64,000 bases of DNA, from assembly GCA_019420065.1 (NCBI GenBank), contig JAHZHX010000001.1:16176-80175 (forward strand), in the 5' to 3' direction. This DNA comes from Clostridiales bacterium (GTDB taxonomy: Bacteria; Bacillota; Clostridia; Christensenellales; Aristaeellaceae). The notes under the pieces were generated by a model, which saw only the letters and a program-made list of their open reading frames with translations, had not been told where the DNA came from and did not search any database. The first letter of the stretch is position 1. Each line of letters begins with the position of its first letter. The position numbers were made by a program, and so were the translations under genes. This document shows, piece by piece, positions 53,590 through 63,837 of this stretch.

Positions 53590-56109
53590 ATGAAAAAAAC
53601 GAGCACGATTCGCTGCATTTTGGCCCTGGTAATTGTCTTTGCCGCCTTTGGGTGGCTGATCTATGGCCTGGCGGGCTTACAGCTTGTAAAGGGCGAGCAA
53701 TATGCGGAATCCGTTGGGCGTTCCACCGTGAAAACGATCCGCACGACCGGCAAGCGCGGTATGATTACCGATGCCGATTCGGTCATTCTGGCTATGAGCG
53801 AGGATGTATATAATGTAACCTTTTATCGCAGCGAAGCTACGGCCAGCAAGAAGCAGTACCTCGCTTATACAAAATCCATTATCTCCGCCATTCAGATCAT
53901 TGAAAAATATGGCGGCGAAATCTGCGTCAGCTTTGTAATTGAGCGCGACGAGGATGGAAACTGGGTCTATAACTTTGGCAAAGGCATTTCGGAGAGCGCC
54001 TGGAATTCGCGCAGCAATCGCTGGCGGCAAAATCATTATATCACCGAAAGCAAGTATGACGACGCGGCGGTAGCTTTTGAACAGCTGTATGAACGCTACC
54101 GGTTTGCTGAACTGGATGAGACGCCAAGCGAAGAAACGGTGCTCAAGGTCATGGCCATCTACAATGAAATGCAGATGAACAACTTTAACTCACTGCCGGT
54201 TGTGGTGGCCAGAAACGTTTCATACGCGACGGTTTCTGAAATCGAAGGGCGCAGCATGACGCTGGAAGGCTTTGGAATTGAGGTCGGTTCGCAGCGCGTG
54301 TATCCCCGCGGTTCGCTGGCTGCGCATATCATTGGCTATGTTGGCCCTATTTCTTCTTATGAAACGTATTATAATGAAATGGAACAGCAGGGATATTACC
54401 TGTCGGATACCATCGGCCTGGACGGCGTTGAATATACCATGGAGCGCGAGCTGACGGAGAACCTCTCTTCCCGCTCCGGCATACGCGTGATGGAAAAGGA
54501 CAACGCCGGTAAGCTGACGCGCGAAATCAGCAGAACGGAGCCAAGGGATGGCAACAACGTAAAACTGACGATCATTGCCAGTTATCAGCAGGCGGCGGAG
54601 CGCGCGATTGAGGCCAACGTGCGCAGCACGCGCAATATCCAGGAAAGCAAGCTGGCGGATTCAAGATGGCTTGAAACGAATAAGGCCAAATTGTTTGAAA
54701 GTGATCGCGATTGGGAGGAATATCCGCTTCTGCTGGCTGAAACGGGCGTATTGATGGTGACAGACGTTAACACCGGCAATGTGCTGGCAATGGCGCAGTA
54801 TCCCACCTTTGACCTGAACGCGCTGATTGCCGGCGGCGACGCGGCGGCGGAGATCCTGCTGGACGAACGAAACGTGATGATGAACTATGCCATCCAGCAG
54901 CGTGCCGAGCCGGGCTCGACTTTTAAGATGGTCACGGCCCTTGCCGCGCTGGTCAACCATGCAATTACGCCCATTGACAAAATCAGCGACGCCGGCCCGT
55001 TCATGACCTATACAAACAATGAAAGTGAAGCGCCCAAATGCTGGATTGCCAAATCGCTGCGCTCGCAGCATGCGAATCTGACGGTGATTGAGGGGCTGGC
55101 TCATTCCTGCAACTATTTCTTTTATGAGATTGCCAGCCGTCTGTATGGCCAGACGGGCACAACGCTTTTGTATCAGTATGCAGTTGATATGGGGCTGACC
55201 AGCAAAACCGGTATCGAACTTAAGGGCGAGGCCCGCAGCCTGGTTGGCAATCAAACCAATCTGTATGATCCGACTGCATCCATCGGTACGCAGCGCACCT
55301 GGATGCCTTATCTGGTTGCGGCGAAAATCAAGCAGCATTTGCAGAATATCGGCGCGGGCAACGGCATTTCATACAGCGAGGAACGGCTGGATAACTGTGT
55401 CAAGCGTCTGATGGATATGGCCGTCGCCTATCCGCAGGATAGCTGGATTAACCAGCAGCAGATCATCCTGATGGATGAACTGAACATGACGCGCGATCTG
55501 GTTATGAAGGCTGCCGTAGGTAGCGAGATCTATATCGCGCTGAACGATATTAAATGGGGCGGCAGCATGGAGATTCAGACCGCCATTGGTCAGGGCATTA
55601 CCATGGTGACACCGGCGGCCATGTCGCGCTATATTGCGGCGCTTGGCAATGGCGGCAAGGTGTGGAATTTGCACATTATCGATTCTGTCATTTCTCCTGA
55701 CGGCGAAGTGATTTCCAAAACCTCGCCCAGCCTTTTCAAACAGCTTGAAGGGGTGGAAGCATATCTGCCCTATATCCGCGAAGGCATGAAAGGCGTGGTT
55801 GACGATTCCGGTACGGCAACGAAATATTTCAGGAAGTGGGAGTATAAGGATGAAATCTGGGCAAAAACGGGAACATCCCAGATTACCCGCGGCAAGATTA
55901 AAATTGATGTTGAGAACAACGCCTGGTTCTGCGCATTGACGCCATTTAGCACGGATGCGGAAATTGCCGTTATCTGTTTCATTCCAAACGGTTATTCCGG
56001 CGGCGAGGCTTCGGTAGGCATTCGTGACTTTATTGGCTGGTGGATGAGCGAGCGCGTGAAGGATACCGGAGAAATTACCGTGGTAGCCGGCAACGAGCTG
56101 ATGCCGTAA
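53590..56109 (+). CDS. mrdA: Penicillin-binding protein 2 (class B transpeptidase)
   Basis: TM anchor, PBP dimerisation domain, and a transpeptidase with PGSTFKMVTA (SxxK), HSCNYFF (SxN) and KTGTSQ (KTG). Position between mreD and rodA. Confidence 0.9.
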   Translation: MKKTSTIRCILALVIVFAAFGWLIYGLAGLQLVKGEQYAESVGRSTVKTIRTTGKRGMITDADSVILAMSEDVYNVTFYRSEATASKKQYLAYTKSIISAIQIIEKYGGEICVSFVIERDEDGNWVYNFGKGISESAWNSRSNRWRQNHYITESKYDDAAVAFEQLYERYRFAELDETPSEETVLKVMAIYNEMQMNNFNSLPVVVARNVSYATVSEIEGRSMTLEGFGIEVGSQRVYPRGSLAAHIIGYVGPISSYETYYNEMEQQGYYLSDTIGLDGVEYTMERELTENLSSRSGIRVMEKDNAGKLTREISRTEPRDGNNVKLTIIASYQQAAERAIEANVRSTRNIQESKLADSRWLETNKAKLFESDRDWEEYPLLLAETGVLMVTDVNTGNVLAMAQYPTFDLNALIAGGDAAAEILLDERNVMMNYAIQQRAEPGSTFKMVTALAALVNHAITPIDKISDAGPFMTYTNNESEAPKCWIAKSLRSQHANLTVIEGLAHSCNYFFYEIASRLYGQTGTTLLYQYAVDMGLTSKTGIELKGEARSLVGNQTNLYDPTASIGTQRTWMPYLVAAKIKQHLQNIGAGNGISYSEERLDNCVKRLMDMAVAYPQDSWINQQQIILMDELNMTRDLVMKAAVGSEIYIALNDIKWGGSMEIQTAIGQGITMVTPAAMSRYIAALGNGGKVWNLHIIDSVISPDGEVISKTSPSLFKQLEGVEAYLPYIREGMKGVVDDSGTATKYFRKWEYKDEIWAKTGTSQITRGKIKIDVENNAWFCALTPFSTDAEIAVICFIPNGYSGGEASVGIRDFIGWWMSERVKDTGEITVVAGNELMP

Positions 56110-56122
56110 GCGGGTGAACGGC

Positions 56123-56902
56123 ATGGGAAAAATCATTGTAATCGCTTCCGGAAAGGGCGGCGTTGGCAAAACTACGCTGACTGCCGCCCTGGGACAGGCA
56201 TTGGCCCGCATGGGCAGGCAGGTCTGCATGGTGGATGCCTGCGCCGGACTGCGCGGCCTGGATCTGGTGCTGAATGTGCAGGATCAAGTGGTATTTGACT
56301 GGGGAGACCTTGACGAGGAGGATTGCGCCATGAAGCAGGTTCTGGTGCCTTGCGGCGCAGGACAAACGCTTTACATGGCGGCAGCGCCGTTGGCACGCGA
56401 CGGTATGCAGCAGCTGTCCCAAACCTTTTCCAAGTCGCTTGCGCGCTTTGAAAAACGCTTTGATATTGTGCTTGTTGACAGTGACAGCGTATTTTCCTTC
56501 CTTTCCGATGCTGCGCTTTCCAAGGCCGAAAGCTGCTTGCTGATATGCGGCATGGGAGATATGGCACAGCGCAATACGGAAGCGGTCTCTGCCTATTTGC
56601 ACGACCGCTACCGGATGGAAATGCGCTTGATTATGAACGCGGTAGATGGGCGCCAGGTTGCTTCAGGGGCGGCTGCAAGGCCGGAAGCTGTGGCGGCATA
56701 CTTGGATATTCCTTTGCTGGGATGCGTTCAGGCAAGCGACGCGATTCGCGACGCGCAGCTGCGTCATGAAACGGCGGAAGCATATCCGTCCAAAATCAAA
56801 AAAGAGATTGAGGCCATAGCGCTGCGTCTGGATGGGCGGCAAGCGGAAGCGAGGCCTAGCCGCGAAAGGAGAAAGTCATGGTTTTCTCGCATGGGAGGCT
56901 AA
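56123..56902 (+). CDS. minD: MinD-like ParA/MinD-family ATPase (divergent)
   Basis: Deviant Walker A IASGKGGVGKTT, switch region VDACAGLRGLDLVL, Walker B IVLVDSD, and a C-terminal amphipathic tail KSWFSRMGG resembling the MinD membrane-targeting sequence. Alternative GTG start at 56114. Confidence 0.8.
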   Translation: MGKIIVIASGKGGVGKTTLTAALGQALARMGRQVCMVDACAGLRGLDLVLNVQDQVVFDWGDLDEEDCAMKQVLVPCGAGQTLYMAAAPLARDGMQQLSQTFSKSLARFEKRFDIVLVDSDSVFSFLSDAALSKAESCLLICGMGDMAQRNTEAVSAYLHDRYRMEMRLIMNAVDGRQVASGAAARPEAVAAYLDIPLLGCVQASDAIRDAQLRHETAEAYPSKIKKEIEAIALRLDGRQAEARPSRERRKSWFSRMGG

Positions 56903-58143
56903 AATTTCGTCAGGGAGCCGGCGCGCTGGCGTCAGAAGACCGGCGGATGCGAGCGCATCTTGACATTCCGTTGATTGTTATCACATATGCCATTGCTCTT
57001 TTTGGCGTGTATGCCATTGCGATTGCAACGTTTAACCCCGATAAGGGAACCGACCTGTCTCTGCTCAATTATATCCTTAACTCCTCCTCGGCGTCATGGC
57101 AAGCGGTTTTTCTGATGGTATCGCCGTTGATTCTCGCTTTTATGGTGGCTATTCCGTATGAATTGCTTAGGGCGCAATGCAGGCTTGTATATCTGGGTAT
57201 TTGCGGCTTGCTGGTATTGGCGCTGGCTTCCGAGGCCGTTCGTGGCGTGGCAGCATGGCTGCCGATTGGCCGCGGCCGCACCATCCAGCCGGCTGAATTT
57301 ATCAAAATCGGCATTATTCTTATGCTTGCGCGCAGCTTTTCGCAAACGAAGAAACCGTTTTCCACCATGCGTGACGCAGTGCATAATTTGCTTATATTCG
57401 GCGTTCCGGTCATAATTACGCTTTTGCAGGGCGAGACCGGTTCGGTACTGGTCATGTGCGTGATTTTCTATGTGATGCTGTATTTTTCTGACGCAAGTCC
57501 GGTATTGCTGATCTCGATTGCCGCTTTGGCGGTCATTGCCGTATTCGCGCTGTTCGGCTACATGATGGTCAGTGGATCACAGGACTACCGTTTGCTGCGT
57601 ATCCTCGCGTTTCTGGATCCGCAAGCGTATAGTCAAAATGGCGGTTATCAGCTGCTGCAATCCCAGAAGGCCATTGGCTCCGGCCAAAAAACGGGAATCG
57701 GCACGTTTGTTGTTGGCGCGCTCAGCCAGCTGGGCTATATTCCGGAAGACTGGACGGACTTCATTTTTGCAACCATTGGCGAAGCGTTTGGTTTTGTTGG
57801 ATGCGTTGGGGTTGTGCTTGCCTATGTAGTACTGCTGCTGCACATGTTTCGCTTGGCGTATTTCACTACGGATCGTTTTGGGCGGCTGGTTATTTACGGC
57901 GTTATGGCCATGTTCTTTGCGCATGTGGTAGAGAACATTGGCATGACGATTGGCTTGATGCCGATTACGGGCATTCCCTTGCCGTTTATCAGCTATGGCG
58001 GCTCGAATTTTGTAACCAACATGGCGGGCATCGGGCTGGTGCTGAATGTGGTTAAAAATCGTTCCAGTGCCGTGGCGATCAATATGCCGACCATGCCGCG
58101 TGGGCATCGCCGCCGTAAACATGGCCGAAAGGCGCTTCTGTAA
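56878..58143 (+). CDS. rodA: FtsW/RodA/SpoVE (SEDS) family protein, RodA by context
   Basis: About 10 TM segments and SEDS motifs (IQPAEFIKI, GETGSVLV, PEDWTDFIFATIGEAFGF, GIPLPFISYGGS). AAAGGAG RBS 6 nt before the ATG at 56878. Overlaps the minD end by 25 nt. Confidence 0.9.
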   Translation: MVFSHGRLKFRQGAGALASEDRRMRAHLDIPLIVITYAIALFGVYAIAIATFNPDKGTDLSLLNYILNSSSASWQAVFLMVSPLILAFMVAIPYELLRAQCRLVYLGICGLLVLALASEAVRGVAAWLPIGRGRTIQPAEFIKIGIILMLARSFSQTKKPFSTMRDAVHNLLIFGVPVIITLLQGETGSVLVMCVIFYVMLYFSDASPVLLISIAALAVIAVFALFGYMMVSGSQDYRLLRILAFLDPQAYSQNGGYQLLQSQKAIGSGQKTGIGTFVVGALSQLGYIPEDWTDFIFATIGEAFGFVGCVGVVLAYVVLLLHMFRLAYFTTDRFGRLVIYGVMAMFFAHVVENIGMTIGLMPITGIPLPFISYGGSNFVTNMAGIGLVLNVVKNRSSAVAINMPTMPRGHRRRKHGRKALL

Positions 58144-58161
58144 AGCATGCTTTTATCCACA

Positions 58162-58197
58162 GCGCTCTCTGCTTCTTTGCAGAGAGCGTTCTTTTGC
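58162..58197 (+). terminator. Intrinsic terminator after rodA
   Basis: Stem GCGCTCTCTGC/GCAGAGAGCG with loop ttcttt, followed by TTCTTTTG. Confidence 0.65.
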
Positions 58198-58382
58198 TTG
58201 ATGGAAATACTTTTTATTTTTATTTTCGGCAGGTTTTTTCTTTTTTACAGCGTATATAGATTAAGCATACCGTTTTTCTGCTGATAGCAAACGCGCTAAA
58301 TTCCTGCAAATATCATCAAAATTGCAGGAGAAACGCGAAAAACGGCGAATTTTAATCCGTAAACGAAAGGAGGGACGCCTTA

Positions 58383-60134
58383 ATGGCGGGAAGGTTTCCT
58401 GCGGCATGGATGGATGAGTTTTATTCCCGCGCTGATATTGTTCAGGTCGTATCATCGTATGTCCCTCTGAAAAAAAACGGGTCGCGCTATTGGGGCTTGT
58501 GTCCGTTTCATCACGAAAAAACACCTTCTTTCTCTGTAAATGCGGAACAGAATTTGTATTATTGTTTCGGCTGCAAGGCTGGCGGCAATGTTGTGCAGTT
58601 TGTTGAGGAGATGGAGCGGCTTTCTTTTCGGGAAGCAGTTGAGTATCTGGCCCGGCAGATGCATATGCCTGTTCCCGAAACGCAGGAGGACCCGGATTAT
58701 GAACGCCGCAAAAGCCAGCGAGAACGGCTGCTGAACGCCAATCGGATGGCGGCAAAATGGTATCATGCCCGTTTGTGGGAGCCGGAAAACGCCAGGATAT
58801 TAACCTATCTGCATAAACGGGGACTGGATGACGGCACAATCCGCAAATTTGGTTTAGGCGCTGCGCCGGAGGAATGGGACGCGCTGACCCGCTACCTGGA
58901 GCAAGAGGGATATACCCAGGAAGAATTGCGGCTGGCTGGCTTGACTGTTGTAAAGGCAGAAACACGGTTTGACATGTTCCGCAACCGTGCTATATTTCCG
59001 ATCATCGATGCGCAGGGGCAGGTTTTAGGCTTTGGCGGACGTGCAATGGGAGATATTCAGCCCAAGTATTTGAACACCGCGGACACGCCGGTTTTCAATA
59101 AGCGAAAAGGCGTTTACGCCGCGAATTTTTTAAAAAAGCAACGGAATCTGCGCCGGATTATCCTGGTGGAAGGTTATATGGACGTTGTGGCGCTGATACA
59201 GCATGGGGTCGATGGCGTTGTTGCCACGCTGGGAACGGCGCTTACAAACGAACAGGCCCGCCTGCTGAAGCGCTATGCGCCGGAAATTTGGGTTTCCTAC
59301 GATGGCGACAGTGCCGGACAACATGCGATCATGCGCGCGCTGGATATTTTTGAACAGGAGAATATTCCGGCGCGGGTGCTTTTTTTCCCGGATAATCTTG
59401 ACCCGGACGAGTTTATTCGACAGCGCGGTCTGGAAGAGTTTCAAAGATTGCGGCCGCTGCGAGAAGCAGAATACCGCATGCAGCGCGCCAAGGAAGGGCT
59501 TGATCTGGGCGATACCGAGGGACGGATGGAGTATGCCAAGCGTTGCGCGGATATACTGCGCAAGGTAAAGGAGCCGGTAGAGCTGGAAAGCTACTTGCAG
59601 ACTTTGGCGGTACAAACAGGCTTTTCGCGCGAGGTGCTTATTATGCAGATGGGAGTCAATTTTCCCACAGCGGAGCGCCAGGGAGCCGCGCAAGCGGAAA
59701 AGCGCGTCTATGGTAAGCGAGCCGAAAAAGCGCAGTCAATGCCAGAAAAAACATTGATCGCGTTGATTGCCAGCGGCCTGATGACGGATAACAGCGTGCG
59801 TGTGGAGGATTTTGACCATCCGCTGCTGCGCTCTCTGGCGAAGCAGCTGCTTAGCGGCAAAACGCCGGCGGCAATTCTTTCGGCTTGCGAGAGTGAAACG
59901 GAGCGGCAGGCGATCAGCGAAATATTTGCGCTGAACGCTGAAATCACGCAAGAGAATGTCATGGCGATCACGGAGGATTGCCTGCGCACCATGCGGCTTG
60001 GCCGCATTGAAGGGCAAATTGATGCGATACGCGGCAGCCTGGACAGCCTGGATGGCGACGCCAAGGCAGGCGCATTAAAAGAGCTGATGGCATTATCGGC
60101 AGAGATGGCGCGCCTCAAGCGCGCGGTACATTGA
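58383..60134 (+). CDS. dnaG: DNA primase
   Basis: Zinc ribbon [13 protein letters not shown]....[10 protein letters not shown], a TOPRIM domain (ILVEGYMDV...YDGDSAG), and a C-terminal helical domain. AAAGGAGGG RBS. Confidence 0.95.
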   Translation: MAGRFPAAWMDEFYSRADIVQVVSSYVPLKKNGSRYWGLCPFHHEKTPSFSVNAEQNLYYCFGCKAGGNVVQFVEEMERLSFREAVEYLARQMHMPVPETQEDPDYERRKSQRERLLNANRMAAKWYHARLWEPENARILTYLHKRGLDDGTIRKFGLGAAPEEWDALTRYLEQEGYTQEELRLAGLTVVKAETRFDMFRNRAIFPIIDAQGQVLGFGGRAMGDIQPKYLNTADTPVFNKRKGVYAANFLKKQRNLRRIILVEGYMDVVALIQHGVDGVVATLGTALTNEQARLLKRYAPEIWVSYDGDSAGQHAIMRALDIFEQENIPARVLFFPDNLDPDEFIRQRGLEEFQRLRPLREAEYRMQRAKEGLDLGDTEGRMEYAKRCADILRKVKEPVELESYLQTLAVQTGFSREVLIMQMGVNFPTAERQGAAQAEKRVYGKRAEKAQSMPEKTLIALIASGLMTDNSVRVEDFDHPLLRSLAKQLLSGKTPAAILSACESETERQAISEIFALNAEITQENVMAITEDCLRTMRLGRIEGQIDAIRGSLDSLDGDAKAGALKELMALSAEMARLKRAVH

Positions 60135-60148
60135 AAGGAGCGGCACCA

Positions 60149-61342
60149 TTGAGCACTCAACCCGAAAAGAACACCAATAAGCTCAATGAACTTTATGAAC
60201 TTGGCAAGTCCAAGGGCATGATGACATATGACGAAATTATTACCAAGCTTTCAACCATCGAGATCGATCCCGAGCAGTTCGATACGATTCTCGAAAATCT
60301 GGAAGCGATGGGCGTTGAGGTAATTCGTGATGCCGATATGCCCAGCGGCGATATGCAGACAGCGGACAGCGGCGTGATTGATGATGAGGAGCTGGATCTC
60401 TCCATGCCCGAGGGGATCAGCATCGACGATCCGGTTCGCATGTACCTGAAGGAAATCGGCAAGGTCCAGCTGCTGAGCGCTGATGAAGAGATTAACATCG
60501 CCAAACGCATGGAGCTGGGAGATGATGCGAAAAAATGCCTGGAAAAAGGCGTTGGCTCTGATGGAAAGCCGCTGACGGAGCAGGAAAGGAAGCAGTGCGA
60601 GCTGGCGGTGGAGGACGGAAACGCCGCTAAACGTTCGCTGGCGGAGGCTAATCTGCGCTTGGTCGTTTCCATTGCCAAGCGTTATGTCGGCCGTGGAATG
60701 CTGTTTCTGGATCTGATTCAGGAAGGAAATCTTGGCCTGATCAAAGCGGTCGAAAAATTTGACTATCGCAAGGGATATAAATTTTCTACCTATGCAACGT
60801 GGTGGATTCGCCAGGCCATCACCCGCGCGATTGCCGATCAGGCGCGCACCATCCGTATCCCTGTGCATATGGTGGAGACAATCAATAAGCTGATTCGCGT
60901 TTCCCGCCAGCTGCTGCAGGAATATGGCCGCGAGCCAAGTCCGGAAGAGGTAGCGCGCACAATGGGAATCAGCGAATCCAAGGTGCGCGAGATCATTAAG
61001 ATCGCGCAGGAGCCGGTATCGCTCGAAACGCCTATCGGCGAGGAAGAGGACAGCCACTTGGGCGATTTTTTGGCGGATGATGACGCGCCCGCGCCCGCCG
61101 AGGTCGCTTCGCATTCATTGATGCGCGAGCAGCTATGGGATGTTCTTAATACGCTGACGCCGCGGGAGGAAAAGGTGCTGCGTTTGCGCTTCGGTTTGGA
61201 CGATGGCAATCAGCGCACGCTGGAAGAGGTAGGGCGCGAATTCAAGGTAACGCGCGAGCGTATTCGTCAGATCGAAGCGAAAGCATTGCGCAAGCTTCGT
61301 CATCCCAGCCGCAGTAAGAAACTGAAGGATTATTTGGAGTAA
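60149..61342 (+). CDS. rpoD: Primary RNA polymerase sigma factor RpoD/SigA
   Basis: Region 2 ([54 protein letters not shown]), region 3, and region 4.2 ([28 protein letters not shown]). TTG at 60149 is 9 nt after AAAGGAG. Confidence 0.95.
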   Translation: MSTQPEKNTNKLNELYELGKSKGMMTYDEIITKLSTIEIDPEQFDTILENLEAMGVEVIRDADMPSGDMQTADSGVIDDEELDLSMPEGISIDDPVRMYLKEIGKVQLLSADEEINIAKRMELGDDAKKCLEKGVGSDGKPLTEQERKQCELAVEDGNAAKRSLAEANLRLVVSIAKRYVGRGMLFLDLIQEGNLGLIKAVEKFDYRKGYKFSTYATWWIRQAITRAIADQARTIRIPVHMVETINKLIRVSRQLLQEYGREPSPEEVARTMGISESKVREIIKIAQEPVSLETPIGEEEDSHLGDFLADDDAPAPAEVASHSLMREQLWDVLNTLTPREEKVLRLRFGLDDGNQRTLEEVGREFKVTRERIRQIEAKALRKLRHPSRSKKLKDYLE

Positions 61343-61345
61343 GCC

Positions 61346-62026
61346 GTGCTGAGTCCTGCGTTGGATGAGCGGCTGCAGGCTGTTGCCGCTCTTTTTATCC
61401 CCAGTATGCTGGGAGCGGATATCGGCGCGGATCATGGGCATTTATCCTGTGCTTTGCTGCAAAGCGGCAAATGCCAGCGAATGATTGTAAGCGATATCAG
61501 CGCAGCTTCTCTTGAAAAGGCGCAAAAGCTTTTTGCCCGCCATGGTTTAGACCGGCGGGCAGATTTTCGCGTTGCGGACGGCTTTGCTGCTTTGCGGCCA
61601 GGAGAAAAGGCAGAGTGCGCAGCGCTTTGCGGTGTTGGCGGCGCTTTGATGGCCAGAATTTTACAGTGTAGTGATGCGGAGTCATTGCCGCGTGCGCTGG
61701 TGCTTTCGGCCAATACCGATATTCCGCTCGTGCGCACGGTGCTTATGGGGCTGGGCTATCGTCTGACTGCTGAGCGTATTGTGCGGGCAAAGCGGAGATT
61801 TTATATTGTTATGCGCGCCGAGCGCGGAGCGGCCGCGTATAGCGAGCGTGACCTTTATCTTGGGCCGGTGCTCCTGCAGGAGCGGCCGGAGCTGCTGAGA
61901 GACTATTTAACCTGGCGTGAAGGCGTTGTCGCCTGCGAAGCGGGGCATGAAAAGCAGCTGCAATGGATCAGAGAGGAGTTGGCATATGCCGCAGGCAACT
62001 GTACAAACGGTTTATCAATGGATTGA
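61346..62026 (+). CDS. trmK: tRNA (adenine22-N1)-methyltransferase TrmK (YqfN-like)
   Basis: RL.AVAALF....LGADIGADHGHL...L...G...RMIVSDI...L..A. It sits in the B. subtilis-like position after sigA. GTG start. Confidence 0.85.
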   Translation: MLSPALDERLQAVAALFIPSMLGADIGADHGHLSCALLQSGKCQRMIVSDISAASLEKAQKLFARHGLDRRADFRVADGFAALRPGEKAECAALCGVGGALMARILQCSDAESLPRALVLSANTDIPLVRTVLMGLGYRLTAERIVRAKRRFYIVMRAERGAAAYSERDLYLGPVLLQERPELLRDYLTWREGVVACEAGHEKQLQWIREELAYAAGNCTNGLSMD

Positions 62027-62765
62027 CCAAATTGCGCCCTTCGCCACGGCTGAGGGATATGATAATGCTGGTTTGCTGCTTGGCAGCATGAGGGCGCCCG
62101 TTGCGCGTATTTTGGTAGCGCTGGACGCGACGCCAGCCGTTGTTGAAGAGGCTGTCAGACTTGATGTACAGCTGATTGTGACGCATCATCCGCTGATGTT
62201 TCGCGGCACAAAATGCATTCTTGAGGACGAGTATGAAGGCGGCATTCTGGCCAGCCTGATTCGCCGCCGCATAAGTCTGATCGTCGCACACACGAATCTT
62301 GATTTATCGCTAGAGTATAGCGGTACAGCGGCGTTGGCGCGGGCGCTGCGGCTGCAAAACCTTCGCAGCGACGGAGTTGTATTCGTTGGCGATCTGCCGT
62401 CTCCGCTGAGCGCCGAGGCGCTTCGAGCGCAAATCGCTGAATGTGAAAAGGACGCTGTGTATCTTTTTGGCCGCGAGGATAAAATCATTTCCAGCCTGGG
62501 GATTTGCGGCGGTTCATTCGACGAGGGATTTGAACAGGCGCGCCGGATGGGAGCGCAGGCGTATTTGACCGGCGAAGTGCGGCATCATAACGCGCTCGCT
62601 GCCATCGGCAGTGATTTTGTGCTTTACCAGGGCGGACACTGCGGAACAGAGTTTTTGCTGGTAGAACCGCTGGCGCAGGCTTTACAAAATGCGCTGAATG
62701 CGTTAAAATATAATGTGATTGTTTACCCTTCCGTTTGTCGGCCATACGGCGGTCAGGCGGTGTAA
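61986..62765 (+). CDS. Nif3-like dinuclear metal centre protein (YqfO family)
   Basis: IDQIAPFATAEGYDNAGLLLG...VALD.T..VV.EA.....QLIVTHHPL.F...AHTNLD...TGE..HH. GAGAGGAG RBS. Overlaps the trmK end by 41 nt. Confidence 0.85.
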   Translation: MPQATVQTVYQWIDQIAPFATAEGYDNAGLLLGSMRAPVARILVALDATPAVVEEAVRLDVQLIVTHHPLMFRGTKCILEDEYEGGILASLIRRRISLIVAHTNLDLSLEYSGTAALARALRLQNLRSDGVVFVGDLPSPLSAEALRAQIAECEKDAVYLFGREDKIISSLGICGGSFDEGFEQARRMGAQAYLTGEVRHHNALAAIGSDFVLYQGGHCGTEFLLVEPLAQALQNALNALKYNVIVYPSVCRPYGGQAV

Positions 62766-62780
62766 TGAGGAGGTTCATTC

Positions 62781-63485
62781 ATGAATCAGTTGGAATTGCT
62801 TTGGAATTATCAGCAGGCTGATGTGGAGGCCGAACGCCAGGAAAATCAAATGAAGCGTTCTCCCACCCGTCAGCGGCTGCTCAAATATCAGGAATATCTG
62901 CGCGAGCAAAAAAATGCCAATACGCGCATCGAGGAGGAAGTTCATGCCATGGGCGACCGTATCGATGCGCTGAAGGATGCGATTGCGCGTATGGAGGATC
63001 AGCTTAAAGCGCTGCATGCCCGGTTTGACGCAGTTAGTCCGGATGATGGCGAAGCCGTACAGGGTTTTATCCAGGAGACACAGCGCTTGCTGCAAACAAT
63101 CAATAGCTATGAGCAGGAGGTGCGCCGTATCCGCAAGGACGCTGGCGACCGTGATAACCAGCAGCGCGACATTCTTCAGCGCGCTTCCAAGGTGCGCGCC
63201 GATTACGACCGTCTGAAGGCGGAATACGACATTGAATATAAAGAGGATAAGAAAAAGCTGGAGCAGCTTCGCGCCAGCGTGGCGGAAAGGGCAAAGGGCA
63301 TTGAAGCGCCTTATCTGGAAAAATACAAGGCAATCAAGCAGCACTGCATGCCGCCGCTGGCACAGCTTTCAGGCGATCAGTGCGGGGGATGCCGTATGTC
63401 GCTTCCTTCTGCCGTTGTGCGCTCCGTACGCGGGGGAACGGCCATTGAATGCGAAAGCTGCGGCCGGCTGCTGATCCAGCTGTAA
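62781..63485 (+). CDS. Coiled-coil / C4 zinc-ribbon protein (COG1579, DUF164 family)
   Basis: About 190 aa of coiled coil followed by CGGCRMSLP...CESCGRLL, a zinc ribbon. Confidence 0.8.
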   Translation: MNQLELLWNYQQADVEAERQENQMKRSPTRQRLLKYQEYLREQKNANTRIEEEVHAMGDRIDALKDAIARMEDQLKALHARFDAVSPDDGEAVQGFIQETQRLLQTINSYEQEVRRIRKDAGDRDNQQRDILQRASKVRADYDRLKAEYDIEYKEDKKKLEQLRASVAERAKGIEAPYLEKYKAIKQHCMPPLAQLSGDQCGGCRMSLPSAVVRSVRGGTAIECESCGRLLIQL

Positions 63486-63487
63486 GC

Positions 63488-63826
63488 ATTGCGCTGTATT
63501 TGAGGCAGATGAATAGCCGCGTGCCCTTGGGCATGAGGAAAGTCCGAGCACCGCAGAGCAGGATGCCAGTTAACGGCTGGTGGAGGCGACTCCAAGGCAA
63601 GTGCAACAGAGATATACCGCCGGCTTTGCCGGTAAGGGTGGAAAGGTGCGGTAAGAGCGCACCGGCGGCCTGGCAACTCGTCCGTCATGTAAACCCCATC
63701 CGGTGCAAGATTGATGAAGACCATGGGTGGCTCGCCCGTCTTCGTAATCGCTTGAACGGTTTGGCGACAAACCGTCTAGATAGATGGCTATTCACGACAG
63801 AACTCGGCTTACAGTCTGCGCTCATT
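63488..63826 (+). ncRNA. rnpB: RNase P RNA, bacterial type A
   Basis: Universally conserved GAGGAAAGTCCGAGC (63535-63549), GGTAAGGGTGGAAAGGTGCGGTAAGAGCGCACC (type-A P10-P12 region), and ACAGAACTCGGCTTACAG near the 3' end. Ends are approximate (P1 pairing gcgctgta / tacagtctgcgc). Confidence 0.85.
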
Positions 63827-63837
63827 TACATAAAAAG

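Noticed and set aside
56114-56902. Interpretation of the MinD-like gene as a ParA/Soj chromosome or plasmid partition ATPase.
   Set aside because: There is no parB or parS nearby. The C-terminal amphipathic tail and the position between pbp2 and rodA fit MinD rather than ParA. It is kept as a divergent MinD.
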